Positions 38,663-47,544 of a stretch of DNA of 64,000 bases are shown in pieces (positions within the stretch are counted from its first letter, which is position 1; each line of letters begins with the position of its first letter). A program made the translations under genes and the position numbers. The notes beneath the pieces are model-generated. The model had not been told where the DNA came from. It did not search any database and saw nothing but the letters and a program-made list of their open reading frames with translations. This DNA is from an uncultured Bacteroidales bacterium (GTDB lineage: Bacteria; Bacteroidota; Bacteroidia; Bacteroidales; VadinHA17): NCBI GenBank assembly GCA_942492865.1, contig OW818650.1, forward strand, positions 1,960,564 to 2,024,563, in the 5' to 3' direction.

Positions 38663-39093
38663 ATAATATTGTTTCGGATGTTCATGCCTGTAATGTAGTT
38701 GAACTGACTAAAATACATAACCGGGCAGGAAATATAACGATCATTCAGAATGGTGATCATCAGCCATTTGGAATTAAGAGGGTATATTACCTTTACGATG
38801 TCCCCGGTGGTTCAGATCGAGGAGGTCATGCGCATAAGGCTCTTTACCAGCTAATTGTTGCTGCCAGCGGTTCCTTTGATGTAATTCTCGATGATGGCAC
38901 CAACAAGAAGATCATTCAATTGAACAGGCCATATTTCGGTCTGTTTGTGGTGCCTGGTATATGGAGGGAGATAGTTAACTTTTCATCCGGTGCAATTTGC
39001 CTCGTGATGGCTTCGGAAAAATATTCTGCAGATGATTATATCCGCGACTATTCTGATTTTCAAAAACTGAAACTTAATACTAATGTTGACTGA
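38659..39093 (+). CDS. FdtA/QdtA-like sugar 3,4-ketoisomerase, copy 2
   Basis: Paralogue of copy 1 (FGIKRVYYLYDVPGGSDRGGHAHKALYQ...DDYIRDYSDF). The start overlaps the copy 1 stop (ATGA). Confidence 0.8.
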   Translation: MNNIVSDVHACNVVELTKIHNRAGNITIIQNGDHQPFGIKRVYYLYDVPGGSDRGGHAHKALYQLIVAASGSFDVILDDGTNKKIIQLNRPYFGLFVVPGIWREIVNFSSGAICLVMASEKYSADDYIRDYSDFQKLKLNTNVD

Positions 39094-40012
39094 CTTCGAT
39101 ATAAGTACTTACAATTCATATTTCCCTGTAAATCCGCATCCATTTATATCCGCTCCATTTATTGAGCTTAATAGAAATAAGGCAGATGTCATTATTAGAC
39201 TGGCAGAGAGTACGCAGAAACCTGTAATAGGGTTGGTGGCAGGTATTAAAGAAGGTGTGTTATATTCTCCTTTTTCGGCGCCTTTCGGAGGCTTCCACTT
39301 TCTGAAGCAGAATATTTATGTAAGCGAAATTGACAATTTTCTGAAGTCACTTCAATCGCATATTGTTTCGAAAGGATATAGCGGAATTGAATTGATAATG
39401 CCACCCGATATTTACCACCCGACATTCAATGCCAAAACTATCAATTGCCTGGTACGTAATGGTTTTGAACCGGCTATACCGGAGGTGACCAACTGGGTTG
39501 AGCTAAATAATTTTAACGGGGTTTTTTCACAAAGGAACAGCCGTGAATACTATAATCAGGCTGTCAGGTTCGGCCTCACTTTTAGTCTGGCCCGGGATGA
39601 GACAGATAAAGAAAACATTTATAGTCTCATCTCCAGCAACAGGGCAAAATTCGGCAGGCCCATTTTTATGACACTTAAAGATATTAACGATACTGCCGGC
39701 TTATGGCCGGTGGATTTCTTTAAGGTAAACTCAACTGACGGTACACTGGTAGCATCGGCCATCTTTTATCAAAGCCATCCTGACATCTGCTATGCTGCCT
39801 TCTGGGGTGATAATGAAACAGGCAGGCCCCTTCGGGCCATGGATTTTCTTGCATTTAATCTGTGGGCATTTTATAAAAACAAAGGTTATAAATACATTGA
39901 CCTTGGTATCTCTACTGAAAACGGGCACCCGAATGAAGGACTTCTGCGTTTCAAGGAATCTCACGAAGGATCATCATCCCTGCGATATAAATTCACCTGG
40001 AAGGTAAAGTAA
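39083..40012 (+). CDS. FemAB-like / Acetyltransf_6-type (GNAT-fold) acyl- or aminoacyl-transferase
   Basis: 309 aa. The C-terminal YIDLGIS...NEGLLRFKESHEGS resembles the G(L/V)xRFKxxFG motif of FemABX-type transferases. Assignment is by motif only. Confidence 0.4.
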   Translation: MLTDFDISTYNSYFPVNPHPFISAPFIELNRNKADVIIRLAESTQKPVIGLVAGIKEGVLYSPFSAPFGGFHFLKQNIYVSEIDNFLKSLQSHIVSKGYSGIELIMPPDIYHPTFNAKTINCLVRNGFEPAIPEVTNWVELNNFNGVFSQRNSREYYNQAVRFGLTFSLARDETDKENIYSLISSNRAKFGRPIFMTLKDINDTAGLWPVDFFKVNSTDGTLVASAIFYQSHPDICYAAFWGDNETGRPLRAMDFLAFNLWAFYKNKGYKYIDLGISTENGHPNEGLLRFKESHEGSSSLRYKFTWKVK

Positions 40013-40015
40013 ACT

Positions 40016-40927
40016 ATGTTCGTATTAAATCCCGACCCATATAGCCTCCCTTGTTACCGTATCGGACCTTTTCGTACATCAGATCTCTCATTAAACCATA
40101 ATCTGCCGGTTAGTTACCTGGCAGATGAATATTTTAATGAAAGGTTTGCAGCAAAAGATCTGATCTATACCTTTAATGGAAGAAAGGCAATAAACATTGC
40201 CCTGGAGTATTATAACCTCGATAAAGATGACATCGTCACTATCTTTACCACAAGCGGGAATTTCTATATTAGCGGCTGTGTGACGAAGGAAATTGAGAGA
40301 TTCTGCAAATGGTCACGTAAGATTGAGCCTGAAACAAAGATAATTTTTGTGAACCATGAATTTGGGTATCCTTTTCCTGACCTGCATACCCTAAGAAAAT
40401 ATGGCCTTCCGATAATTGAAGATTGTGCAGGCTCCTTCTTTTCCCACGACAAGTATGACAACATTGGTAACATAGGTGAATTCGTTATTTACAGCTTTCC
40501 CAAGATGTTCCCACTGCAGGTTGGTGGATTGCTTGTGTCAAATCTTGACAGGGAGATCAGCAGGGAAGGACAGGCTGATGAAATGACTGCCAGACATATA
40601 AGAAATGTTTTGTCGCATTATATAGGTTCAAGGGATGAAATAATAAAAAAAAGGATAGGAAACTTTAATTATCTGAAAGAAAAATTCGGATCACTAGGAT
40701 TAAAGGTCCGGTTTAAGGATGAGGATGGTGTGGTTCCCGGAGTCTTTATGTTTGAAACGGGTAGCCTTGGAATCGATTTTCCTGAATTGAAAAAGTATTA
40801 CTATGCCCATGGTGTCCAATGCAGTGTCTTTTACGGAGAGGAGGCTTTTTTTATTCCGGTTCATCAGGCATTAAATGAGCATGATATGGACTATTTTTTT
40901 GAAGTTTGCAGATCATTCCTCAAATAA
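40016..40927 (+). CDS. Short DegT/DnrJ/EryC1-like PLP-dependent enzyme (divergent)
   Basis: FNGRKAINIALEYY...IIEDCAGSFFS...FVIYSFPKMFPLQVGG parallels the Asp and Schiff-base Lys regions of DegT-type aminotransferases, but the protein is only 303 aa. Confidence 0.4.
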   Translation: MFVLNPDPYSLPCYRIGPFRTSDLSLNHNLPVSYLADEYFNERFAAKDLIYTFNGRKAINIALEYYNLDKDDIVTIFTTSGNFYISGCVTKEIERFCKWSRKIEPETKIIFVNHEFGYPFPDLHTLRKYGLPIIEDCAGSFFSHDKYDNIGNIGEFVIYSFPKMFPLQVGGLLVSNLDREISREGQADEMTARHIRNVLSHYIGSRDEIIKKRIGNFNYLKEKFGSLGLKVRFKDEDGVVPGVFMFETGSLGIDFPELKKYYYAHGVQCSVFYGEEAFFIPVHQALNEHDMDYFFEVCRSFLK

Positions 40928-40936
40928 ATCCTTTAT

Positions 40937-42199
40937 ATGAAATTTGCCAATATCAGTCTGGGCAGGGATGTTGAAATAGATCCTTCCACCTCAATTAATA
41001 ATGTTGTAATAGGCGATAAGGTCAGAATTGCCAAGCGATGCAGCATATATGGCAGCCCGGAGAACCCGCTGGAGTTGGGACCCAATTCTTATGTTGGTAT
41101 GAACAGCGTGCTTAATGGTTTTTCAGCCAAACTTACCATTGGGAAGAATGTCAGTATATCCCAGTTTGTCAATATAATGGTCGATTCGGGTCCAAATGCC
41201 TCTCCCGGTATGATGAGAATTTTTCCGATAGTCAAAGGGCCGGTAACGATCGGAAATGACAGCTGGATAGGATCCGGTGCAACGATAATGCCGAACGTGA
41301 CTTTAGGTGAGTACTGCGTAGTTGCGGCACACAGCTACGTAAATAAAAGTTTTCCTGCATTTTCGGTTATTGGAGGTTGCCCGGCAAAACTGATCAGGAC
41401 ATTCACAGATGAGGAGAAGGCCACAATGCTTGATGTTGAAAATAAAAGTCTCCCATGTAATTCCAGCAGTTATGAAGACAATTATCTTGATCTGCCATTT
41501 GAAGACGCACTCCGGAAATTCCGTTTCAGAAATCTTTTGACCAAGCTCAGGGAATACCCCCATAAACGAATTATTGAAATAGGCCCCGGGTCCAATCCGC
41601 TGTTCAGTTATTTCAGCGGATTCGAAAGAATGACAATAATTGAGCCTGGTAAAAATTTTGCAAAAATTGTGCGTACACAGATTGGTACAAGATCTGATAT
41701 AACGCTTATCAATGATACAATTGAAAACATATCAGGACAACTCGGGAATGACTCTTATGATTTGGTAATAATCGGAGGTTTTCTGCACGAAATAGACAAT
41801 CCGGATGCAGTCTTAAGTGCAGTGCGGGTTCTCTGTTCTGACGATACAGTTGTTTACACTTATGTGCCTAACGCTCAATCATTCCACCGGATACTTGCTT
41901 TCAAAATGGGACTGATAGAAAATGTTTTTCAGAAATCGGGGCACGATGAGTTATTTAAAAGGCAGAGTGTTTTTGATATTGAGTCTTTCAAAGCATTAAT
42001 GAGAAATCAGGGCTTTAAAGTAATTGATTCCGGGTCATATTTTATTAAACCATTCACCCATGACCAGATGAAAGCAATTATTGATAACCACATTATTGAT
42101 AATTCCTGTCTCGAAGGTCTGGATAAAATGGTTGAGTATCTGCCAGGTATGGGTTCAGAATTATGGTTTAGCTGTAAAAAAGATGATAAAATTTCTTGA
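40937..42199 (+). CDS. Fusion: left-handed beta-helix (hexapeptide) acyltransferase + class I SAM-dependent methyltransferase
   Basis: Residues 1-160 are hexapeptide repeats (IGDKVRIAKRCSIYG.., IGNDSWIGSGATIMPNVTLGEYCVVAAHSYV). Residues 200-420 carry the SAM motif IIEIGPGSNP and the acidic motif LVIIGGFLHEI. Confidence 0.75.
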   Translation: MKFANISLGRDVEIDPSTSINNVVIGDKVRIAKRCSIYGSPENPLELGPNSYVGMNSVLNGFSAKLTIGKNVSISQFVNIMVDSGPNASPGMMRIFPIVKGPVTIGNDSWIGSGATIMPNVTLGEYCVVAAHSYVNKSFPAFSVIGGCPAKLIRTFTDEEKATMLDVENKSLPCNSSSYEDNYLDLPFEDALRKFRFRNLLTKLREYPHKRIIEIGPGSNPLFSYFSGFERMTIIEPGKNFAKIVRTQIGTRSDITLINDTIENISGQLGNDSYDLVIIGGFLHEIDNPDAVLSAVRVLCSDDTVVYTYVPNAQSFHRILAFKMGLIENVFQKSGHDELFKRQSVFDIESFKALMRNQGFKVIDSGSYFIKPFTHDQMKAIIDNHIIDNSCLEGLDKMVEYLPGMGSELWFSCKKDDKIS

Positions 42200-43406
42200 T
42201 CTCAAAGCTGTTAATGATTCTTTCGGAGATGAGCTTTCGGAAGCAGTTAACCGTGTCCTTAAGTCAGGATGGTATCTGCTTGGAAATGAAGTAGGCGATT
42301 TCGAAAAAAGCTATGGGTCTTATATAGGATCAAAGCATTGCATTGGTGTGGCAAATGGTCTGGATGCACTCAGGCTCATTTTCAGAGCCTATATGGAATT
42401 GGAAATGATGAAGGAAGGAGATGAAATCATTGTTCCGGCGAATACTTATATAGCATCCATTCTTGCAATAACTGAAAACCGGTTAAAACCCGTCCTGGTT
42501 GAGCCGCAAATAAATAACTATAATATAGACGTTTCATTAATTGAAAAGAGCATTACTGCCCGCACACGTGCAATTATGGTCGTTCATCTTTACGGCAGGA
42601 CCTGCTGGTCTGAAAACCTGGAGGATATTGCTGCCAGATACAATCTGAAGATAATAGAGGATAATGCACAAGCGGCAGGAGCGATGACGATGGCTCAGAG
42701 CTCAGAGCGCAGAGCGCAGGAGAAGAAGGCACAGGGCACAGGGCACAGAGCTCAGGAGGAAATGGCTCAGAGCTCAGAGCTCAGGGCTCAGGGCAAGAAA
42801 GAGATGACCCTGAAACGAACTGGTTCATTGGGAGATGCAGCCGGTCACAGTTTTTATCCGGGGAAAAATTTAGGTGCCATAGGAGATGGAGGCGGAGTCA
42901 CTACTGATGATGATGAACTTGCTGCGGTTGTAAGATCGCTGGCGAACTATGGTTCTTCAAAGAAGTATGTATTCGAATATCAGGGATTGAATTCAAGGCT
43001 TGACGAGATACAGGCAGCAGCATTAAATGTAAAGTTGCGCAGGCTTGACCATGATAACCAGCGCCGCCGTGAAATCGCTAAATGTTATATTGAAAATATA
43101 AGGAATCAGGGAATAATTTTACCTGAAAATCCAACCTTTGACCTTTCTCATGTATGGCATCTTTTTGTTGTCCGCTCACTGTTCAGAGAACGTTTGCAGA
43201 ATTATCTTATTGAGAACGGGATACAAACGCTGATCCACTACCCTGTACCGCCTCATCAACAACAGGCATATAAGGAGTGGAATGATTTAATATTCCCATT
43301 AACTGAAAAAATTCACCGGGAAGTATTGAGTATGCCGATAAGCCAGGTAATGAATGATAATGAAATGGAGCAGGTTATTAATATTATCAATAAATTCTCC
43401 GTTTAG
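42183..43406 (+). CDS. DegT/DnrJ/EryC1/StrS aminotransferase (FdtB/QdtB-like) carrying a ~39-codon repeat-derived insertion
   Basis: MIKFLDLKAVNDSF.., IIEDNAQAAGA, GSLGDAAGHSFYPGKNLGAIGDGG and ANYGSSKKY..GLNSRLDEIQAA. The listed start 42081 lies inside the previous gene, so ATG 42183 is used. Confidence 0.85.
   Translation: MIKFLDLKAVNDSFGDELSEAVNRVLKSGWYLLGNEVGDFEKSYGSYIGSKHCIGVANGLDALRLIFRAYMELEMMKEGDEIIVPANTYIASILAITENRLKPVLVEPQINNYNIDVSLIEKSITARTRAIMVVHLYGRTCWSENLEDIAARYNLKIIEDNAQAAGAMTMAQSSERRAQEKKAQGTGHRAQEEMAQSSELRAQGKKEMTLKRTGSLGDAAGHSFYPGKNLGAIGDGGGVTTDDDELAAVVRSLANYGSSKKYVFEYQGLNSRLDEIQAAALNVKLRRLDHDNQRRREIAKCYIENIRNQGIILPENPTFDLSHVWHLFVVRSLFRERLQNYLIENGIQTLIHYPVPPHQQQAYKEWNDLIFPLTEKIHREVLSMPISQVMNDNEMEQVINIINKFSV
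42690..42806 (+). repeat. Heptamer-tract element embedded in-frame in the aminotransferase CDS
   Basis: ATGGCTCAGA GCTCAGA GCGCAGA GCGCAGG ... GGCACAG GGCACAG GGCACAG AGCTCAG ... ATGGCTCAGA GCTCAGA GCTCAGG GCTCAGG. It translates as MAQSSERRAQEKKAQGTGHRAQEEMAQSSELRAQGKKE. Confidence 0.85.
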
Positions 43407-43424
43407 GAGTACCATAAGCTGATC

Positions 43425-44906
43425 TTGACACAGCAAACATCCTCTTACAGGCAGATCTTCAAAGCGACCTCAATCTTCGGAGGGGTGCAGGTTTTTACTA
43501 TACTGATAAGTGTTGTCAGGGTCAAATTCGTTGCTGTTCTGCTTGGAACGGCAGGTGTAGGCATAATCGGACTTCTGCATGCCCCTCTTCAGTTTATAAT
43601 AGCTCTTACCGGTCTGGGTATATCCTATAGTGCAGTCCGGGATATATCAGAAGCTAATGCCTCTGGCCAGCAAACAAGGATTGCAACAACAATTACAATT
43701 CTTCGGCGCTGGTCATGGTTTACAGGGTTGCTGGGAACTGTAATCACAGCATCGCTTGCACCCCTGCTAAGCGAATGGACATTCGGAAACCGCGAATATA
43801 CATGGGCATTCGTCTGGTTGTCGCTCACCTTGTTCCTGCAGGCTGTTAACAAAGGGCAAAGCGCTATTCTTCAGGGTACAAGGAGATTGAAAGAGATGGC
43901 TAAAGCCAGTGTAATTGGCTCTGCCTTAGGCTTATCCACCTCAATTCCATTATATTATTGGTTTGGCATAAAAGGAATTGTACCGGCGATGCTGGTCACT
44001 GCTGTTACAGCCCTCTGGCTTTCATGGCATTTCTCCCGTAAGATAGCGATTGAAAAGGTAGAGCTTACTGTAAAAGAGACATATAATTCAGGAATGGGGA
44101 TGGTTAAGCTTGGTATTTATATGACAATTGCAGGATTGGTAGCCTCTTTTTCCGCTTACATTCTTAACGCTTTTATCAGCAACCGTAGCGGTGTTGAGCA
44201 GGTTGGCCTCTATAGTGCCGGATGGGCTGTAATAGGCCAGTATACAAGTATTATATTCACTGCAATGGGGACAGATTATTTTCCCCGTCTGTCAGCCATT
44301 CAAACCGACAATGTAAAAATTAAGGAATTAGTGCGGCAACAGATCGAGATAGCACTTCTTATCCTGACACCTCTTCTGTCTCTATTGATCATAATAATGC
44401 CGCTCATTGTAAGGATATTGTACACTCCGGCATTCATGCCAATAGTAATGTTTGCCAACCTGACAGTGCTTGGAATTCAGTTTAAGGCCATTTCATGGGC
44501 CTTGGGTTATGTTTTCCTTGCTAAGGGTAACGGCCGTCTGTTCCTGACTCTTGAGATTGTTTCCGGTACCATCATCCTTCTTCTTAATATATTGTTCTAT
44601 CACCTGTATGGATTGAACGGACTAGGTATTTCTTTTATTTTATCATATATTGCAGGCATGACCATGTCATACCTGGTACTCAGGCGAAAATACAGTTTTG
44701 ATCTCCCGGGTGAATTTTATATAAAATTGCTGCTTACCTACAGCCTGGTCATGATATCTTTCCTCACAGTATTTTTGCAAGGTCCTTTGATCAGGTATAT
44801 TGCAGGCATCTCTGTGCTGGTTTATTCAGTTATATATTCATTCATGAAAATGAATGAAATGATGGATATCAAGTCAATTATACTCGAAAAGTTTAAAAAG
44901 CATTGA
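43425..44906 (+). CDS. wzx: Oligosaccharide flippase (Wzx/MOP superfamily)
   Basis: 493 aa and about 12-14 TM, with an N-terminus YRQIFKATSIFGGVQVFTILISVVRVKFVAVLLG typical of polysaccharide flippases. TTG start as listed (no nearby ATG). Confidence 0.8.
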   Translation: MTQQTSSYRQIFKATSIFGGVQVFTILISVVRVKFVAVLLGTAGVGIIGLLHAPLQFIIALTGLGISYSAVRDISEANASGQQTRIATTITILRRWSWFTGLLGTVITASLAPLLSEWTFGNREYTWAFVWLSLTLFLQAVNKGQSAILQGTRRLKEMAKASVIGSALGLSTSIPLYYWFGIKGIVPAMLVTAVTALWLSWHFSRKIAIEKVELTVKETYNSGMGMVKLGIYMTIAGLVASFSAYILNAFISNRSGVEQVGLYSAGWAVIGQYTSIIFTAMGTDYFPRLSAIQTDNVKIKELVRQQIEIALLILTPLLSLLIIIMPLIVRILYTPAFMPIVMFANLTVLGIQFKAISWALGYVFLAKGNGRLFLTLEIVSGTIILLLNILFYHLYGLNGLGISFILSYIAGMTMSYLVLRRKYSFDLPGEFYIKLLLTYSLVMISFLTVFLQGPLIRYIAGISVLVYSVIYSFMKMNEMMDIKSIILEKFKKH

Positions 44907-44914
44907 CAGCATCA

Positions 44915-45886
44915 ATGAATCCATTGGTTTCAGTAATAGTCGTAAGTTTCAATTCATCACCCTTTATAATTGAAACACTTGAGAGTATTTTAAAACAAAC
45001 CTGGAATGATCTGGAGTTGATCATTACTGACGATTGTTCGCGTGATAACACAATTGAAATTGCCAGAAGATGGCTGGATGCCAATTCTCACAGATTCAGG
45101 CGAAGTGAGGTAATCACGAGTTCTGTTAACACAGGGGTAACTGCAAATGCCAACAGGGGCCTTTATGCTTCTACGGGGGAATGGATAAAATTCCTTGGGG
45201 CTGATGATACCCTGAAACCGAAGTGCATTGAAGAAAATATGGTTTGGATAGCAGGGCATACCGATGCCAGAGGTTTGTTCTCTTATGTGGAATTATATGC
45301 AGGAACTTTCGAATCAGAGAACCTTATAAGGACAATTCCCGGCGATCCATTCTCAGAACAGAGCATTATGTCACCAGAGAGAGATGCCGGTTCTCAGTAC
45401 AGGATGCTCCTGGTAAGCGACAGGATACATTATTCTCCTTCAGTTTTTCTTCACAGATCAACAATCCTGTCACTGGGAGGATTTGATGAAAGATTTAAAA
45501 TGCAGGAAGATTACCCGTTGTGGCTCAAAATGACAAAGAACGGGTATCGGCTTCATTTTATGGAAAAAGTTACGGTAAATTACAGGCAGCATGTCAACGC
45601 CATTAATAATACGGGTATTTCTTACCTGATCAATCCAAATTATTTCAACTCTGAAAAATTCAGAAGAATATACACTTATCCTTTCATGCCTCTCCATTTG
45701 AGGCTGGATCAGCGTTTTCAATATTATACCTCGCTGCCTTTTAAAAATTCTTTACTTAATAAAAACAAAACTCATTACCGCTTCCTCCTGAATATTTTAT
45801 CAGTGTATCTCAATCCATTCAGATATTTTATATGGGTCAGGAAAAAGTTGAATAAAAATCTGATTGACAATGAATTTTATGCATAA
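44915..45886 (+). CDS. Family 2 glycosyltransferase
   Basis: VSVIVVSFNSSPFIIETLESILKQTWNDLELIITDDCSRDNT and a GADD (DxD-like) motif. ATG 44915 is preferred to TTG 44903. Confidence 0.85.
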   Translation: MNPLVSVIVVSFNSSPFIIETLESILKQTWNDLELIITDDCSRDNTIEIARRWLDANSHRFRRSEVITSSVNTGVTANANRGLYASTGEWIKFLGADDTLKPKCIEENMVWIAGHTDARGLFSYVELYAGTFESENLIRTIPGDPFSEQSIMSPERDAGSQYRMLLVSDRIHYSPSVFLHRSTILSLGGFDERFKMQEDYPLWLKMTKNGYRLHFMEKVTVNYRQHVNAINNTGISYLINPNYFNSEKFRRIYTYPFMPLHLRLDQRFQYYTSLPFKNSLLNKNKTHYRFLLNILSVYLNPFRYFIWVRKKLNKNLIDNEFYA

Positions 45887-45944
45887 CTCCTTTTCACTGT
45901 GATCCGATGATCTTTCCATTAATTTCCGGCACCTTGCCTTAAAC

Positions 45945-46952
45945 ATGAAACTTCTTTCCATAATAATTCCCATATTTAATGTTGAACCTTATCTCGAGAG
46001 ATGCCTGAGGGGTCTTGAAAATCAGGATGTTCAGAGAAATGATTATGAGATAATATGCATTAATGACGGTTCGCCTGACAATAGCCGGGAAATAGTAAAA
46101 AAACTTCAGACTGAATTTGATAATATTATACTTATTGATCAGGAAAATCAAGGTGTCTCGAGGGCAAGGAATAACGGGATGGAAAAGGCCTGTGGCAGGT
46201 ATCTTTTATTCATTGATCCTGATGATTTTGTGCATCAGGATACATTTGCAGGAATACTTAATAATATTACAGTTCAGAATGCCCAGGTTTCTTTCCTTGG
46301 GTTCACTCTTATGGATGGAATGGGTAATCCGCAGAATTCTGTCTTGCATGAAGAACACCGTGATAATCTTTATTCAGGGATTGACGCGTATCATCTATCA
46401 AGGGGAGATGGAAGAACTGATCCTGACAGAACCTGGGCTGTGCTATTCGAGAGGGAATTTCTGAACGACAATAATCTACGATATCTTCCTGATGTCCCGT
46501 ATCTTGAGGATGGAGAACTTATAGCACGGATATTATGCCTGGCTGATCGTTGTATCTTTGATTCCCGATATTTTTACCTAAGGACTGCACGTAAGGGCTC
46601 TGCCACCAGATCCATGCTTATTTATTCAGATAAAGCTGTAAATGGGTTTATACTTGCAGCATGTAATCTCAAAAAATTCAGAGAGCAAGGAGAATTAAAC
46701 GATTCTCAAAAAAAATTCATGAATCAGCCAATATGCAAATTTACCCTTCTTCCACTGATGAGCACCGTGAAGGATAAAGAGAAATTCAAGACAGTAAGTG
46801 AACGACTCAAATCAAATGGGTTAAGAAAATGCGTGCTGAAAGGATGTAATAATTTTTACAGGATCGAAGGTTTCTTATATAATTTGAATCCATGCTTGTA
46901 TCTTATACATAGAAAACTGGGAACGCCGCTTCTGAAATTAGTTAAACCATGA
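45945..46952 (+). CDS. Family 2 glycosyltransferase
   Basis: LSIIIPIFNVEPYLERCLRGLENQ...EIICINDGSPDNS and FIDPDD. Confidence 0.85.
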   Translation: MKLLSIIIPIFNVEPYLERCLRGLENQDVQRNDYEIICINDGSPDNSREIVKKLQTEFDNIILIDQENQGVSRARNNGMEKACGRYLLFIDPDDFVHQDTFAGILNNITVQNAQVSFLGFTLMDGMGNPQNSVLHEEHRDNLYSGIDAYHLSRGDGRTDPDRTWAVLFEREFLNDNNLRYLPDVPYLEDGELIARILCLADRCIFDSRYFYLRTARKGSATRSMLIYSDKAVNGFILAACNLKKFREQGELNDSQKKFMNQPICKFTLLPLMSTVKDKEKFKTVSERLKSNGLRKCVLKGCNNFYRIEGFLYNLNPCLYLIHRKLGTPLLKLVKP

Positions 46953-46989
46953 CCAGATAGCCGGATATCTTGTTAAACTTAACTGAAAG

Positions 46990-47511
46990 ATGGGACTGAA
47001 AAGATACGGTTATAAAAACTGGAAGAAAAATGAACCGGGGAACATTATTGAATATATATTGTCTCCATGCCCTAACGGACTGCGTATCATCAATTTTATT
47101 TTCCAGAAGATTTTCAGAATTAATGCAGAGGTGCCTTTCATGGTCCATTATACATCAACTGTAAGAAAAACAGTTTATCTCGGAAAAAATGTTGCATTGT
47201 ATTTTGCAAATTCTGGCAACTGCTATTTTTCAGGAATAAATAAAATTTATATTGGTGATAATACCATGTTTGCCTCAGGTGTTAAAGTAATTTCAGCCAA
47301 TCATGACAAGGAGGATTATAGCAAGCATGTTAAAGATGGAGATCCGATAATTATTGGAAAAAATTGTTGGTTAGGAGCGAATTGCGTTATACTCCCTGGT
47401 GTAAAACTTGGTGACAATGTCATTGTAGGTGCTGGCAGCGTTGTAACAAAGTCGTTCCAGAGTAATGTTATTCTTGGTGGAGTACCAGCCAGGATTATAA
47501 AGGGAAATTGA
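46990..47511 (+). CDS. Hexapeptide-repeat O-acetyltransferase (WcaF/maltose-acetyltransferase-like)
   Basis: IGDNTMFASGVKVISANHD...IIIGKNCWLGANCVILPGVKLGDNVIVGAGSVV. Confidence 0.8.
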   Translation: MGLKRYGYKNWKKNEPGNIIEYILSPCPNGLRIINFIFQKIFRINAEVPFMVHYTSTVRKTVYLGKNVALYFANSGNCYFSGINKIYIGDNTMFASGVKVISANHDKEDYSKHVKDGDPIIIGKNCWLGANCVILPGVKLGDNVIVGAGSVVTKSFQSNVILGGVPARIIKGN

Positions 47512-47544
47512 GTTAACAATTTAGCTGCGTTTTGTCATAAAACT

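Noticed and set aside
42081-42182. Upstream extension of the aminotransferase ORF, with similar extensions at 18939, 44903, 48668, 54803, 58014 and 60544
   Set aside because: The extensions start at TTG or at internal codons that overlap the preceding gene or add non-homologous residues. Downstream ATGs give canonical family N-termini. TTG and GTG starts were kept only where no ATG alternative exists (43425, 59228, 51176).
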